A DNA stretch of 51,591 nucleotides, taken from contig LUSG01000048.1 of assembly GCA_001629395.1 (NCBI GenBank), positions 1-51,591 on the forward strand, written 5' to 3'. Numbering within the stretch: the stretch's first letter is position 1; every line of letters starts with the position of its first letter. A program made the translations under genes and the position numbers. The notes under the pieces were generated by a model. It made no database searches. It saw only the letters and a program-made list of their open reading frames with translations, and had not been told where the DNA came from. Of the stretch, positions 1-10,958 are shown in pieces. The DNA comes from Gammaproteobacteria bacterium REDSEA-S15_B12 (GTDB lineage Bacteria > Pseudomonadota > Gammaproteobacteria > Arenicellales > UBA868).

Positions 1-666
1 CGATACTGTCGTGACAGTGGCGTGAACCACATTATTGTTGCAAACCGTTCGATCGAACGTGCACAAACACTGGCAGACGGACATAACAGTGAGGCCATCT
101 CACTGGCAGGCATCGCAGACCGACTTCATGAAGCTGATATCGTTGTCGCTTCTACGGCCAGCACACTGCCCATTGTCGGCAAGGGCACAGTTGAACGGGC
201 TCTAAAGATACGCCGCCACAAACCAGTTTTGATGATTGATCTTGCGGTACCGCGTGACATTGAACCCGAAGTTGGATCTCTCAGAGACGTTTTCCTTTAC
301 ACGGTAGATGATCTTGAGGAAATCGTAGAAAAGAACATTGGCTCACGCAGAGAGGCTGCTGATGATGCAGTAAAGATCATCGATCTGCAGGTAATCCGTT
401 TCATGCGCTGGTTTCGATCGCTTGAGTCTATACCTACAATCCGCGCTATCCGAGGACAGATCGATGCCCTGCAAGACAGTGAACTTCGCCAGGCTCAGCG
501 CCGTATAGAAAATGGAGAGGACCCCGGCGAAGTCCTTGAAGCATTTGCCCGTACGCTTTCAAGAAAATTCGCTCATGCACCCAGCCAGGCCCTAAAACAT
601 GCCGATGAAGATGGCAACGGCGCTCTCATAGACGCTGCTCGAAAACTATTCAAGCTACCGGACTGA
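1..666 (+). CDS. hemA: Glutamyl-tRNA reductase HemA, C-terminal part (5' end lies upstream of the window)
   Basis: The reading frame is open from base 1; the listed start at 22 is an internal GTG. The sequence looks like the HemA NADPH-binding/dimerisation region. The position directly upstream of prfA-prmC is the canonical hemA-prfA-prmC arrangement. Confidence 0.85.
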   Translation, partial: RYCRDSGVNHIIVANRSIERAQTLADGHNSEAISLAGIADRLHEADIVVASTASTLPIVGKGTVERALKIRRHKPVLMIDLAVPRDIEPEVGSLRDVFLYTVDDLEEIVEKNIGSRREAADDAVKIIDLQVIRFMRWFRSLESIPTIRAIRGQIDALQDSELRQAQRRIENGEDPGEVLEAFARTLSRKFAHAPSQALKHADEDGNGALIDAARKLFKLPD

Positions 667-669
667 TCC

Positions 670-1755
670 ATGAATCCTTCGATTCAGGAAAAGCTCGAAC
701 AACTGGCCGAGCGCCAAGAAGAAATCAATGCACTCCTGTCCGATCCTAGCGTGATCGCTCAACAGGATTCGTTCCGCGACCTGTCCATTGAACTTGCGGA
801 TATCTCCCCTGTGGTAACCCAGTTTCAGGAATACCAAAAGCTGGTCCAGGAACTCGGCCAGACCGAGATTATGGCCAACGACGATGACCTCTCGATCCGG
901 GAAATGGCCCGGGAGGAACTGCCCGGACTGCAGATGCAGCTTGATACACTTCAGGTTCAATTACAAAAGCTTTTGATCCCCAAAGACCCCAACGACGAGC
1001 GGAACATTTTTCTTGAAATCAGGGCCGGAACAGGCGGTGACGAAGCTGCTCTGTTTGCCGGAGACCTTTTCCGTATGTACAGCAGCTTTGTCGAAAAACA
1101 ACGATGGAAAATCGAAATCATGAGTCAGAGCGCGGGCGAGCATGGCGGCTTTAAGGAGATTATCAGTAGGATTGTCGGTCGAGGGGCTTACTCGTGGCTG
1201 AAGTTTGAGTCCGGTGCCCACAGGGTACAGCGTGTGCCAGAAACAGAAGCTCAAGGCCGGGTTCATACTTCGGCGTGCACGGTGGCCATCATGCCCGAAG
1301 CCGACGAAATCAACGATGTGGCGATCGACACTGCAGATCTGCGGGTCGACACTTTCCGTGCCTCTGGGGCCGGTGGCCAACACGTCAACCGAACCGATTC
1401 CGCGGTGCGCCTCACGCATCTCCCATCCGGGATAGTGGTGGAGTGCCAGGATGAGCGCTCTCAACACAAAAACAAGGCTCGCGCCATGTCGATTCTACGA
1501 TCCAGGTTACTGGAAGCTGAACAACGAAAACAACACGAGGCCGAAGCTGAAAACCGCCGCAATCTTGTCGGTAGCGGGGACCGATCTGAACGCATTCGAA
1601 CCTACAATTTTCCTCAGGGCCGGGTTACCGATCACCGTATCAATCTAACGCTTTATAAGCTCGATGAGATTCTATCCGGGGATCTTTTGCAAGTTGTAGA
1701 ACCTTTGGGCACAGAACATCAAGCTGATCTCCTTGCCGAAATGGCATCGGAATGA
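670..1755 (+). CDS. prfA: Peptide chain release factor 1
   Basis: 361 aa. GGQ motif '[19 protein letters not shown]'. RF1-type PxT tripeptide context '[18 protein letters not shown]'. Full-length collinearity with RF1. Confidence 0.97.
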   Translation: MNPSIQEKLEQLAERQEEINALLSDPSVIAQQDSFRDLSIELADISPVVTQFQEYQKLVQELGQTEIMANDDDLSIREMAREELPGLQMQLDTLQVQLQKLLIPKDPNDERNIFLEIRAGTGGDEAALFAGDLFRMYSSFVEKQRWKIEIMSQSAGEHGGFKEIISRIVGRGAYSWLKFESGAHRVQRVPETEAQGRVHTSACTVAIMPEADEINDVAIDTADLRVDTFRASGAGGQHVNRTDSAVRLTHLPSGIVVECQDERSQHKNKARAMSILRSRLLEAEQRKQHEAEAENRRNLVGSGDRSERIRTYNFPQGRVTDHRINLTLYKLDEILSGDLLQVVEPLGTEHQADLLAEMASE

Positions 1756-2600
1756 ATCTGCCAGATACTGCGACACTTTTGTATCAGGCCACAAGTCGGC
1801 TCAACAAAATCAGCGACACACCAGCCCTGGACGCAGAGTTGCTGTTTTGTTCGGTTTGCGGAATCGACCGGAGCGCGGTGACCCGCAATCAGTCACCGGT
1901 ACTGACGAATCGGCAAAGAGACTTCTTTTCGACGCTGATCAACCGACGTGCGGCCGGTGAACCGATCGCCTATCTTTTGCAACGAAAAGAGTTCTGGTCT
2001 CAGGACCTGCTGGTCAGTCCAGAAGTGCTGATTCCACGACCCGAAACTGAGCTACTGGTCGAGCGGGCACTGGAACACTTACCAGACCAACCCTGCAACG
2101 TTGCTGACCTCGGTACGGGCAGTGGTGCAATCGCACTGGCTATTGCTACTGAACGACCGGATGTTCAAGTCACGGCAACCGACAGTTCCCAATCTGCCTT
2201 GGAGGTCGCAATGAAAAATGCAACCAGATTGGGAATCCAGAATGTCACCTTCCGCCAGGGCGACTGGTTTACGCCTTTGGCAGATCAGCACTATCGGCTC
2301 ATCGTAAGTAACCCACCTTATGTACGAGTGGGAGACCCGAGGCTGGAAGTTGGAACATTGTACGAACCTGTCGATGCATTGATATCAGGCTACGATGGCC
2401 TGGATGCACTGCGCATAATCTGCGCCGCGGCCAAAGGTTATCTGGACAGCCAGGGTGCGCTGGTACTTGAACATGCCTGTGACCAAGAATACGCTGTGCA
2501 CGAGTTATTGTCGCAAGGTGGATTCGAGACTATAGTTTCCAGCCCAGACCTTGCAGGAAAACCACGTGTCACCTGGGGTCGACGTGAGAAATGGGAATAA
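1752..2600 (+). CDS. prmC: Release factor glutamine N5-methyltransferase PrmC (HemK)
   Basis: 282 aa. SAM motif '[14 protein letters not shown]' and catalytic 'VSNPPYV'. ATGA overlap with the prfA stop. Confidence 0.93.
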   Translation: MNLPDTATLLYQATSRLNKISDTPALDAELLFCSVCGIDRSAVTRNQSPVLTNRQRDFFSTLINRRAAGEPIAYLLQRKEFWSQDLLVSPEVLIPRPETELLVERALEHLPDQPCNVADLGTGSGAIALAIATERPDVQVTATDSSQSALEVAMKNATRLGIQNVTFRQGDWFTPLADQHYRLIVSNPPYVRVGDPRLEVGTLYEPVDALISGYDGLDALRIICAAAKGYLDSQGALVLEHACDQEYAVHELLSQGGFETIVSSPDLAGKPRVTWGRREKWE

Positions 2601-2605
2601 CGACC

Positions 2606-3253
2606 ATGTTCGGATTTGCTGAGAAAACATTGAATCTCCCGTCCAGAAAGCAAGCGTTGCCGGGTCGAGAGCATGCCCTGAGTGTCACTAACCAGCACTT
2701 TGTCAGCGGTCGCCCCATTAAAGAACCGTTCCCCGACAACTGCAGAAAAGCCATCTTCGGTTTGGGTTGTTTTTGGGGTGCAGAACGTTTTTTCTGGCAG
2801 CACGATGGCATCTATACAACGGCAGTGGGGTATGCAGCCGGCCTCACACCAAACCCTACCTACGAAGAAGTCTGCTCAGGTCTGACTGGCCACAATGAAG
2901 TCGTTCTAGTAGTTTATGAGACGACACACACCGACTATGCGGCATTGCTGAAAATATTCTGGGAAGCGCATGATCCGACCGAGGGTATGCGGCAGGGAAA
3001 CGACATCGGTACGCAGTACCGGTCAGGCATCTACACCTTTAATCAGGAACAGGCGGGAGAAGCTGAAAGTTCGAGAAGATCTTATGAGAAAACTCTCGGA
3101 GAGCATGGCTTCGATCCCATTACAACCGAAATTCTTCCAGCTACCGAGTTTTACTATGCTGAGGACTATCACCAACAGTACCTAGCAAAAAACCCGGCTG
3201 GGTACTGCGGTCTGGGTGGCACCGGTGTGAATTGTGTCTGGTCTGCCGGTTAA
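2606..3253 (+). CDS. msrA: Peptide-methionine (S)-S-oxide reductase MsrA
   Basis: Active-site motif '[14 protein letters not shown]'. The N-terminus '[22 protein letters not shown]' aligns with E. coli MsrA. An alternative upstream start at 2591 overlaps prmC. Confidence 0.93.
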   Translation: MFGFAEKTLNLPSRKQALPGREHALSVTNQHFVSGRPIKEPFPDNCRKAIFGLGCFWGAERFFWQHDGIYTTAVGYAAGLTPNPTYEEVCSGLTGHNEVVLVVYETTHTDYAALLKIFWEAHDPTEGMRQGNDIGTQYRSGIYTFNQEQAGEAESSRRSYEKTLGEHGFDPITTEILPATEFYYAEDYHQQYLAKNPAGYCGLGGTGVNCVWSAG

Positions 3254-3271
3254 GTCCCTATTTGCTGTCGA

Positions 3272-3607
3272 TCAATCGGCTGCGGGGGGTTTGAGTGGCA
3301 TCGGGAAGGGCGATATGTTGCCGATCTTCTCACCGTCAGTCGGCGTAATCTTGGCTTTACCCTCTTTTTCAACCTCGTCGATGCGGATAACCGCATGCAA
3401 AGGAATATAGGTCCGTTTGACCTCGCTGAACTCTGATTTGAGTTTTTCCTCCGAAGGATCTACCACCAGCTTCGAACGTTCTCCAAAGATAATATCGCCA
3501 ACTTCAACGAAAGCGTACATAGCGCCCTGGGAGACTTCACGGGCATAAAGCTCGTAAACATTGCCTTGGCTATGGAAAACAACTCTGAATATGCTCTTTT
3601 GTGCCAT
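3272..3607 (-). CDS. DUF1820-family small protein
   Basis: 111 aa from 'MAQKSIFRVVF'. The pattern 'YELYAREV...FVEVGDIIFGERSKLVVDPSEEKLKSEF..V.R.YIPLHAVIRIDEVEK' matches my memory of DUF1820 proteins. The ORF extends to 3637, but that extension looks non-coding. Confidence 0.6.
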   Translation of the reverse strand: MAQKSIFRVVFHSQGNVYELYAREVSQGAMYAFVEVGDIIFGERSKLVVDPSEEKLKSEFSEVKRTYIPLHAVIRIDEVEKEGKAKITPTDGEKIGNISPFPMPLKPPAAD

Positions 3608-3729
3608 GTTGCGATGTCGGATCAGTATTACAGACAATAACGGTGCGCCGGTTCAAATTATAACAGGCTGTCCCGATCGCACTTCAACCATCACATGGGG
3701 GTTTGCGTGAAAAAAGCAACACCCGGGTC

Positions 3730-5172
3730 ATGATAAAAAAATACCCAATGATCCTCCAAACTGCTGCGCGCTTGGTCTGCCTAGTCAGTGTACTTGCAAC
3801 CAGCACCGCAGCACAGGCCAGACTGCCCGATCCACTTGCCAAATTATTGAATGAGGAGGATATATCCCCTTCATCGATCAGCATTTTGATCAAAGAAGCA
3901 GGGGCATCGATACCCCTGGTATCGCACCTAGCTGACACACCGCGAAACCCCGCGTCTACCATGAAACTCCTCACGACCATCGCTGCGCTGGACCTGCTAG
4001 GCCCGGGCTATCGGTGGGAAACAAAAATTTATTTAAACGGTACGTTGAAAGCAGGAACGCTTAAGGGGGATCTGGTCCTTAAGGGCAGCGGAGATCCCTG
4101 GTTTGTGATTGAACGCTTCTGGACCTTACTGAAAAACCTGCAGGCACGGGGTCTTAAACACATCGATGGCGATCTCGTCATCGACGATCATCTATTCGAT
4201 CAATCCGCAATCGACACACATACTTTGGATGGCAAACCATACCGTGCTTACAACACGTCGCCCAGTGCAGCACTAATCAATTACTCCTACACAAAAATTA
4301 TTGTCCGATCTGCACATAATGGACTTACAGTCCTCACCGAGCCCCCTATTAGCACGTTGCAGATCAAGAACAAGGTGCGTGTACTGCCAGGTGCCTGTAA
4401 CGGACGAAATGGGGGTATTACGCTTGCCATCACCGCACACAGCCATAGGACTGAAGTCACCGTGGGGGGGCAATATCCACCATCTTGTGGAGAAGTCATA
4501 CTGAAACGGTCGGTATTACCACATAACCAATATATTTATGGACTCTTCCGTTACTTGTGGGAGGAAATGGGTGGCAGCCTGACGGGGACTTTTCGAAAAG
4601 GTACAGCAGCGCCTGGCGACACCGAATTCTTGAGTTTCCCATCAGTACCACTAGGACAGATCGTGACCTACATCAACAAATTCAGTAATAATGTGATGAG
4701 TCGCAACCTGTTGCTGACCCTCGCGGCAGAACACAATGGCGCCTCCGCCAAACCGGAACAAGGTGTCGACGTCGTACACAGATGGCTGGCTACACAGGGC
4801 TTGAAGCTGGAGGCGCTTAACATGGTCAACGGCGCCGGGCTTAGCCGTCAGGCCCGACTGACCGCTCGCGGTCTTGCTGACCTGCTGGAACACGCTCACT
4901 ACAGTACCTTCGCTTCCGAATTAAAAGCCTCGCTCCCGCTCGCTGGGTTCGATGGAACGGCTCAGCGGCACTTTCGTGGTTTAGCACCTAAGGGTAGACT
5001 GCAACTAAAGACTGGCCAGTTAAAACAAGTTCGTGCGATAGCGGGTTTCGCGGAGACACCCGACAATAAGACTTGGATAGTCGTCATACTGCAAAATCAC
5101 AGCTCTACCCAACTCACCCCAGATTATTCTGTTCACGAAGGCGTAATTGACTGGCTGTATTCACAGCACTAG
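3730..5172 (+). CDS. dacB: D-alanyl-D-alanine carboxypeptidase/endopeptidase, PBP4 family
   Basis: Signal peptide 'MIKKYPMILQTAARLVCLVSVLATSTAAQA'. SxxK motif 'PASTMKLLT'. Length is about 480 aa, as in PBP4. A TTG at 3703 is an alternative start. Confidence 0.85.
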   Translation: MIKKYPMILQTAARLVCLVSVLATSTAAQARLPDPLAKLLNEEDISPSSISILIKEAGASIPLVSHLADTPRNPASTMKLLTTIAALDLLGPGYRWETKIYLNGTLKAGTLKGDLVLKGSGDPWFVIERFWTLLKNLQARGLKHIDGDLVIDDHLFDQSAIDTHTLDGKPYRAYNTSPSAALINYSYTKIIVRSAHNGLTVLTEPPISTLQIKNKVRVLPGACNGRNGGITLAITAHSHRTEVTVGGQYPPSCGEVILKRSVLPHNQYIYGLFRYLWEEMGGSLTGTFRKGTAAPGDTEFLSFPSVPLGQIVTYINKFSNNVMSRNLLLTLAAEHNGASAKPEQGVDVVHRWLATQGLKLEALNMVNGAGLSRQARLTARGLADLLEHAHYSTFASELKASLPLAGFDGTAQRHFRGLAPKGRLQLKTGQLKQVRAIAGFAETPDNKTWIVVILQNHSSTQLTPDYSVHEGVIDWLYSQH

Positions 5173-5483
5173 ACGCGACGCTGAACACCCCTGCCTGGTC
5201 GATTCGAACCGCGTTACCAGACATCACCAGTCTCTCATAAGAGCCGATAATTCCAGTTATATTGATGCAATTTCACGATCTTTCCCATAAATAATTGTAA
5301 CTTCGAGTAAAATAAGCAAACAGGCGCGATTCGCAGAACCCGTTTATGACCGAGCGAGGTCGTATCCGCCTGTCAAGGTTTTCTTTTGCCCCCACAAGCG
5401 TATAAATAAGGTCTGGGGCGGATGACCCAGGGGCACTGAACTCAATTGTTCATTTTAAGAATTTGGCAGGACTGGGGGATATC

Positions 5484-6878
5484 ATGACAGAAGCGACACA
5501 GCGTAAACGGATTGAACCGGTACAGGCGGTCAGACATTCGTTTACCCTTACAGACAATGAGACCGGCGATAGCTGGGAGTTACCCACAATTCACGGTTCG
5601 ATCGGCCCGAAGGTCATCGACATCCGAAAACTGTATGGGCAAAGTGGTGTATTCACCTACGATCCCGGCTTCACTTCCACTGCCTCATGCTCATCGGAGA
5701 TCACCTACATCGATGGTGACAAGGGCATCCTCCTGCACCGGGGTTATCCGATCGATCAGCTCGCCGAAAATACAGATTTCATGGATGTCTGCTATCTGCT
5801 GCTGCACGGTGAACTGCCGTCACCTGAAGAAAAGACTGATTTTGATACGAACATCAGTCAACACACGATGCTGCATGAACAGCTGGTTCGCTTCTACAGC
5901 GGTTTTGTTCGCAGCGCCCATCCCATGGCTATCATGGTTGGAGTCGTCGGTGCACTGTCTGCGTTCTACCATGACAGCACCAATATTAAGGACCCCATGC
6001 AGCGTATGGTCGCAGCCCATCGACTGATTGCAAAAATGCCCACAATTGGTGCTTATGCCTTCAAGTACTCCCTGGGGCAGCCATTCCTTTACCCGGAGAA
6101 TCGGCTAAGCTATTCGGAAAACCTGCTGCGCCTAATGTTTGCTGTACCCTCCGAAGATTATGAAATCAACCCTATTGTAGCCAGGGCGCTCGACAGAATA
6201 TTGATTCTGCACGCTGACCACGAGCAAAACGCTTCTACGTCTACAGTACGGCTCGCAGGCTCGTCGCAAGCAAATCCTTTTGCATGTGTTGCAGCCGGTA
6301 TCGCGTCGCTGTGGGGGCCTGCGCATGGGGGGGCAAATGAGGCTGTGCTGAATATGCTGGACGAAATTGGAACTCGTGATCGGATATCAAAATATCTCGG
6401 TAAAGCACAAGATCCCCAGGACAATTTCCGCCTGATGGGATTCGGCCATCGGGTCTACAAGAACCATGACCCCAGAGCCAAAGTGATGCGGATAACATGC
6501 CATGAAGTACTCGACGAACTCGGCGTGCAGGACCCTACCCTGGAATTGGCAATGGAACTGGAGCGAATTGCCCTGGAGGATGATTACTTTGTCGAAAAGA
6601 AACTCTATCCCAATGTGGACTTCTATTCCGGAATAATCCTGCGGGCACTTGGATTTCCCACCAACATGTTTACTGTACTGTTCTCCATCGGGCGTACCGT
6701 CGGCTGGATCGCTCACTGGAAGGAAATGCTCGAATCTTCGGAGAGCAAGATCGGGCGGCCACGACAGCTTTATGTTGGCAACGAACCGCGCGACTTCACA
6801 GCAGTAGCTCAAAGGGAACACACCGAGAAAAAGGGCGGCTGGGCGTGGCTCTGGGGCGGTAACAGAAATAGCGACTAG
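5484..6878 (+). CDS. gltA: Citrate synthase (type II, hexameric class)
   Basis: Collinear with E. coli GltA throughout ('[13 protein letters not shown]', '[16 protein letters not shown]', '[14 protein letters not shown]', '[12 protein letters not shown]'). ATG at 5484 follows 'GGGGAT'. A C-terminal tail of about 20 aa lies beyond the usual end. Confidence 0.95.
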   Translation: MTEATQRKRIEPVQAVRHSFTLTDNETGDSWELPTIHGSIGPKVIDIRKLYGQSGVFTYDPGFTSTASCSSEITYIDGDKGILLHRGYPIDQLAENTDFMDVCYLLLHGELPSPEEKTDFDTNISQHTMLHEQLVRFYSGFVRSAHPMAIMVGVVGALSAFYHDSTNIKDPMQRMVAAHRLIAKMPTIGAYAFKYSLGQPFLYPENRLSYSENLLRLMFAVPSEDYEINPIVARALDRILILHADHEQNASTSTVRLAGSSQANPFACVAAGIASLWGPAHGGANEAVLNMLDEIGTRDRISKYLGKAQDPQDNFRLMGFGHRVYKNHDPRAKVMRITCHEVLDELGVQDPTLELAMELERIALEDDYFVEKKLYPNVDFYSGIILRALGFPTNMFTVLFSIGRTVGWIAHWKEMLESSESKIGRPRQLYVGNEPRDFTAVAQREHTEKKGGWAWLWGGNRNSD

Positions 6879-6903
6879 CCTGTAAGGCGTACTGCTCACA
6901 CCG

Positions 6904-7152
6904 ATGAAGTGTGTTGTTTATAAGGGTGCCCGAAAGTCGGACGCTTATCTGTTTGTAAAGCGCGACTTTGACATTTCCCGGGTGCCTTCTGATCTATTGA
7001 AAGCCTTTGGCACACTTGAAAAGGTCATGAACCTCGAGTTATCGCCGGACCAGACACTGGCTAGAGCAGACCCTGATACTGTCCGGCAGCAATTACACGA
7101 CAAAGGGTTCTACCTACAGCTACCACCAGCCGAATCCGAATCACCTCTTTGA
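6904..7152 (+). CDS. YcgL domain-containing protein
   Basis: 82 aa. 'MKCVVYKGARKSDAYLFVKRDFDISRVPSDLLKAFG ... GFYLQLPP' matches the YcgL family pattern. Confidence 0.7.
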   Translation: MKCVVYKGARKSDAYLFVKRDFDISRVPSDLLKAFGTLEKVMNLELSPDQTLARADPDTVRQQLHDKGFYLQLPPAESESPL

Positions 7153-7184
7153 TGACAGCGCCATAAAAACCAACTGTACCTGAC

Positions 7185-7553
7185 ATGCTGACCAAAATAA
7201 TTTTCACACTGGCAGTGATCATCATTGTGGCGCTGATATTCCGGACCAAAACACAGCCAGCGCGACTCCGCCACCCTATAGATAACGATAAAGACTCAGG
7301 TGGTGTCTCTGCTCGGTTCGTCGCCTACACACTACTCGCCCTGGTAATTACAACGTCGGCCCTGGTGTTTGTTCTACATTGGAACGAGCAACATCGAATC
7401 ATGAATATCCAGGTTACTGACAGCCAGGGGCAATCCGTGACCTATCAGGCCTATAAGAAATCTCTCGATGGTCGGCAATTTACCACCCTGGATGATGTGG
7501 CGGTGACACTGGGAGCCGATGACCGCATAGAAATCCTCGATGAGAAGGACTAG
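7185..7553 (+). CDS. Hypothetical membrane protein (two predicted TM helices)
   Basis: 122 aa. Hydrophobic N-terminus 'IIFTLAVIIIVALIF' and a second helix 'FVAYTLLALVITTSALVFVL'. No recognisable family. Confidence 0.5.
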   Translation: MLTKIIFTLAVIIIVALIFRTKTQPARLRHPIDNDKDSGGVSARFVAYTLLALVITTSALVFVLHWNEQHRIMNIQVTDSQGQSVTYQAYKKSLDGRQFTTLDDVAVTLGADDRIEILDEKD

Positions 7554-7571
7554 TCGACCATAACCGGACAG

Positions 7572-8342
7572 TCAGGCTTCAATTCGAAAATCTTTCAGGT
7601 TAATACCAAGCTCCGCGTCACTGTGCAGTGCGACCAGTCGCCTGGCCATACGCGCATCATCACGCCCTTCGTTAAGTTTGTTACCAAGACGTCCGGGGAT
7701 CCTGGCAGCAGCGGACAGCACCCCCTCTAAATCACCATAATCGTGTAGCAGCTTCACTGCAGTGTGAATTCCAACTGACCGCACACCCGGAATACCCAGA
7801 GAGCTGTCGCCAGCCAGGGCAAACAGGTCCACCAGCTGTCCTGGGTCTACCCCAAATCTTTCAGACACCCAGTTGTGATCGTGTTCGACGTCAGCAAAAT
7901 GATCGTAAACCTGAACTCCGAACTCAAGTAATTGACAAAAACTCTTGTCCGTAGAAACAACCGTCACCGCACCACCTGCCTGAACAACACGGCGGGCGAT
8001 AGTCGCAATTACATCATCTGCTTCCAGGCCCTCGACCTCCGATGCCTTCACCCCGATATCACGGAATGCATCAAGGATTGCAGGAAGACAGTCACGCAAC
8101 TCATCAGGCATCGGTGAGCGGTTCTTCTTGTAATCGGGATAAGCTTTCAGACGCCAACTCGGACTACGGCTGTCCATTGCACAAACAACATGTGTCGCCG
8201 GCTGAAGCCGCAAGGCTCTTTGCAGGGATAACACACACGATTTGACAATGGTTTCGTGTCGGGACCCTGGATCGTCTGCCACCGGCACACCGGCGTAGAC
8301 TCGTCGAATCAGATTCAGTCCATCGATCAGCAGCACACGCAT
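7572..8342 (-). CDS. xni: Flap endonuclease Xni (5'-3' exonuclease family)
   Basis: 256 aa. 'LLIDGLNLIRRVY', 'YPDYKKNRSPMPDEL', 'EADDVIATIA', 'VSTDKSFCQLL' and the H3TH region 'GIPGVRSVGIHTAVKLL' are collinear with E. coli Xni. Confidence 0.85.
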   Translation of the reverse strand: MRVLLIDGLNLIRRVYAGVPVADDPGSRHETIVKSCVLSLQRALRLQPATHVVCAMDSRSPSWRLKAYPDYKKNRSPMPDELRDCLPAILDAFRDIGVKASEVEGLEADDVIATIARRVVQAGGAVTVVSTDKSFCQLLEFGVQVYDHFADVEHDHNWVSERFGVDPGQLVDLFALAGDSSLGIPGVRSVGIHTAVKLLHDYGDLEGVLSAAARIPGRLGNKLNEGRDDARMARRLVALHSDAELGINLKDFRIEA

Positions 8343-8464
8343 TCTGCTGTCCTCCCGCTATGGGTGGACAGCCCAGTATACGCTTCAGGTACCGACCGTG
8401 TCTTGGGCTGTAGGAACGGTTTAACTGGACCACATACCCGGCAGAGGCTGCTCCCGGGAATAGG

Positions 8465-9811
8465 CTAAAGGATGTAGCGTGACAAATCCTCGTCACCAGC
8501 CAATTTGTCGAGGTGTTTGTCCACGTATTCCCGATCTATCGTCACTTGGTCACCCGAACGATCTGCCGATTCGAACGAGACTGTTTCGAGTAAACGCTCC
8601 ATAACCGTATGCAGCCGACGTGCACCAATGTTTTCAGTCGATTCATTCACCTTCCACGCGACTTCGGCAACCCGCTGTACACCGTCTGCAACAAACTCCA
8701 GGCAAACGCCCTCTGTTTCCATCAACGCGGTGTACTGTTCAGTTAATGAGGCATCCGGCTCTGTCAACACACGTACAAAATCTTCTGTGGTCAGTGCATC
8801 AAGTTCTACCCGTATCGGTAAACGTCCCTGCAACTCAGGCATAAGATCAGACGGTTTGCTCATCTGAAAAGCACCGGAGGCAATAAACAACACATGATCC
8901 GTGCGCACCATGCCATAGCGAGTGCTGACGGTACAGCCCTCAACCAACGGCAGTAAGTCACGCTGAACGCCCTCTCTGGACACATCCCCCCCGTGGTAGT
9001 CCGTACGGCCCACGATCTTGTCCATTTCGTCTAGAAAAACAATGCCATCCTGTTCGACCCGCTCGACTGCTTCATGCTTCAGGTCATCGTCGTTTACCAG
9101 CTTGGCGGCTTCCTCCTCGGTGAGCAGTTTCTTAGCCTCGGATATTTTGACCTTGCGGGTGCGCGTCTGCTGACCACCCATGTTCTGAAACATCCCCTGC
9201 AACTGACTGGTCATCTCTTCCATTCCGGGCGGGCCCATAATTTCCACGCCGACCGATGGGCCGCTTATCTCAATTTCTATCTCTTTGTCGTCCAGTTTCC
9301 CTTCACGGAACAGCTTGCGGAAGCGCTGACGACCGGCGCCGTCTGTGTCCGCCGGGTCATCCGTAGCGGATGCTTCACTGCCAGCATCACGTGCGGGTGG
9401 CAACAATATGTCGAGTATCCGATCCTCTGCAGCGTCCTCAGCACGCGGCCGAACCTTTTCAAACGCTTCTTCTCGGGTCATTTTGACAGCCATGTCCGCC
9501 AGGTCACGGATTATGGAGTCGACTTCACGGCCGACGTATCCGACTTCAGTAAATTTGGTCGCTTCGACCTTGATAAACGGCGCTTTTGCCAGTCGGGCGA
9601 GCCGCCTTGCGATTTCGGTCTTTCCCACACCCGTGGGGCCGATCATCAGGATGTTCTTGGGCGTGATTTCGCTACGCAGAAATTCATCCGTAACCTGGGC
9701 GCGTCGCCATCGATTTCGCAGGGCGATCGCAACCGCCCGTTTGGCATCGGACTGGCCGATGATGTGCTTATCGAGTTCTTCTACGATCTCGCGTGGGGTC
9801 ATCTGAGACAT
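8465..9811 (-). CDS. hslU: ATP-dependent protease ATPase subunit HslU
   Basis: 448 aa. '[17 protein letters not shown]', Walker A '[15 protein letters not shown]', Walker B '[11 protein letters not shown]', C-terminal 'DEDLSRYIL'. Confidence 0.97.
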   Translation of the reverse strand: MSQMTPREIVEELDKHIIGQSDAKRAVAIALRNRWRRAQVTDEFLRSEITPKNILMIGPTGVGKTEIARRLARLAKAPFIKVEATKFTEVGYVGREVDSIIRDLADMAVKMTREEAFEKVRPRAEDAAEDRILDILLPPARDAGSEASATDDPADTDGAGRQRFRKLFREGKLDDKEIEIEISGPSVGVEIMGPPGMEEMTSQLQGMFQNMGGQQTRTRKVKISEAKKLLTEEEAAKLVNDDDLKHEAVERVEQDGIVFLDEMDKIVGRTDYHGGDVSREGVQRDLLPLVEGCTVSTRYGMVRTDHVLFIASGAFQMSKPSDLMPELQGRLPIRVELDALTTEDFVRVLTEPDASLTEQYTALMETEGVCLEFVADGVQRVAEVAWKVNESTENIGARRLHTVMERLLETVSFESADRSGDQVTIDREYVDKHLDKLAGDEDLSRYIL

Positions 9812-9926
9812 CAGCTTGAGCTCCCTTTAAGATCAGCACCGGTAGTCCCACGCTTGACCCGCTGAACAGTATGATTCCCGCCTGCTGCTGATTGAGCCAG
9901 ACCCAACGCAGCGAAAAAACCGCTCA

Positions 9927-10457
9927 TCAACCGCCCAGCTCCTCGATAGTGACTTCGTGATTGGTGTAAATACAGATGTCAGCGGCAATCGTGAGCGACC
10001 GCTCTACGATAGCCCGTGCATCCATATCGGTGTTCTCCAGCAGTGCAACCGCTGCCGCCTTTGCATACGGACCACCGGAGCCGATTGACATAACGCCTCC
10101 CTCGGGTTCAATAACATCACCTGTTCCGGAGATAACCAGAGATACAGATTCATCGGCAACCGCCAGCAACGCTTCCAATCGACGGAGCATCCTGTCGGTC
10201 CGCCAGTCCTTTGCCAGTTCCACTGCCGAACGCAAAAGATGACCCTGATGTTTTTGTAACTTACCTTCGAAGCGCTCAAATAGAGTGAACGCATCAGCGG
10301 TACCTCCTGCAAAGCCTGCGATCACCTTGTCTTCGTACAAGCGGCGTACCTTTCGGGCATTACCCTTCATGATCGTCTCACCCAGAGTAACCTGCCCATC
10401 GCCGCCGATGACGACGTTTTCACCTCGGCGTACCGACAATATAGTGGTGCCGTGCAT
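9927..10457 (-). CDS. hslV: ATP-dependent protease peptidase subunit HslV
   Basis: 176 aa from '[24 protein letters not shown]'. The family-typical N-terminal Thr is preceded here by Met-His-Gly. The ORF runs up to 10607, but that extension has no HslV similarity. Confidence 0.93.
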   Translation of the reverse strand: MHGTTILSVRRGENVVIGGDGQVTLGETIMKGNARKVRRLYEDKVIAGFAGGTADAFTLFERFEGKLQKHQGHLLRSAVELAKDWRTDRMLRRLEALLAVADESVSLVISGTGDVIEPEGGVMSIGSGGPYAKAAAVALLENTDMDARAIVERSLTIAADICIYTNHEVTIEELGG

Positions 10458-10485
10458 CTGATTCTTTATGGTCACAGCATTACCG

Positions 10486-10911
10486 TTATTCAACCAACTT
10501 GAGGTTAGGGCGCCCCCGTTCCTTGCCAGCAGCGTGTGCCTGTTTGTAGTCGGATCTATCTTCTTGGGTGTTCCGTGTGGTGCCATCCGGTAAAACAAAT
10601 GGCTCATCAGGTTTTTCCTTTGGAAAAATTGCCATAACGCTGGAGACAGGCAGCAGTACTTCCATCGATTGACCTTGGAAACGAGTCTTGAAACTGATCT
10701 GGTCGTCGCCCAGATAAAGATCTACGACGGCGTTGGTGTCTATGTTCAGCACGATTCGTCCATCTTTAACGAACCTGATGGGTACCTGTACACCCTCTAC
10801 TTTGGCATTCACCAGGAGTTGTGGCGTCAATCCGTTGTCCACAACCCAATCACGGATTGCGCGAATCAGATAGGGTACGTTGGATGTTAAACTGACGTTA
10901 TCCTTTTCCAT
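10486..10911 (-). CDS. sspB: ClpXP specificity-enhancing factor SspB (stringent starvation protein B)
   Basis: '[24 protein letters not shown]' matches the SspB N-terminus and the protein ends in a C-terminal 'LKLVE' ClpX-binding-type tail. The start at 10911 gives E. coli-like spacing; 10950 is an alternative. Confidence 0.85.
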   Translation of the reverse strand: MEKDNVSLTSNVPYLIRAIRDWVVDNGLTPQLLVNAKVEGVQVPIRFVKDGRIVLNIDTNAVVDLYLGDDQISFKTRFQGQSMEVLLPVSSVMAIFPKEKPDEPFVLPDGTTRNTQEDRSDYKQAHAAGKERGRPNLKLVE

Positions 10912-10958
10912 AGCCGAAATCCAAACATCGCCTGGCCCGTTGACGCCCATCGAAACAG

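Noticed and set aside
5195-5220. tRNA-like 'GGTTCGAATC' T-loop sequence on the minus strand after dacB
   Set aside because: The flanks cannot form the T-arm stem, acceptor stem or other cloverleaf arms. There is only a 5-bp stem with a 16-nt loop and no T-tract, so it is neither a tRNA nor a convincing terminator.
9074-9865. 263-aa plus-strand ORF (and 9345-9806, 8505-8867) antisense to hslU
   Set aside because: It lies entirely inside the strongly supported hslU gene and has no family resemblance. It is a typical antisense shadow ORF of a moderately GC-rich gene.
10458-10607. N-terminal 50-aa extension of the hslV ORF, and the 45384-45530 extension of the uraD ORF
   Set aside because: The extensions overlap the upstream genes (sspB and puuE respectively) and have no similarity to HslV or OHCU decarboxylase. 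Internal starts give canonical N-termini.
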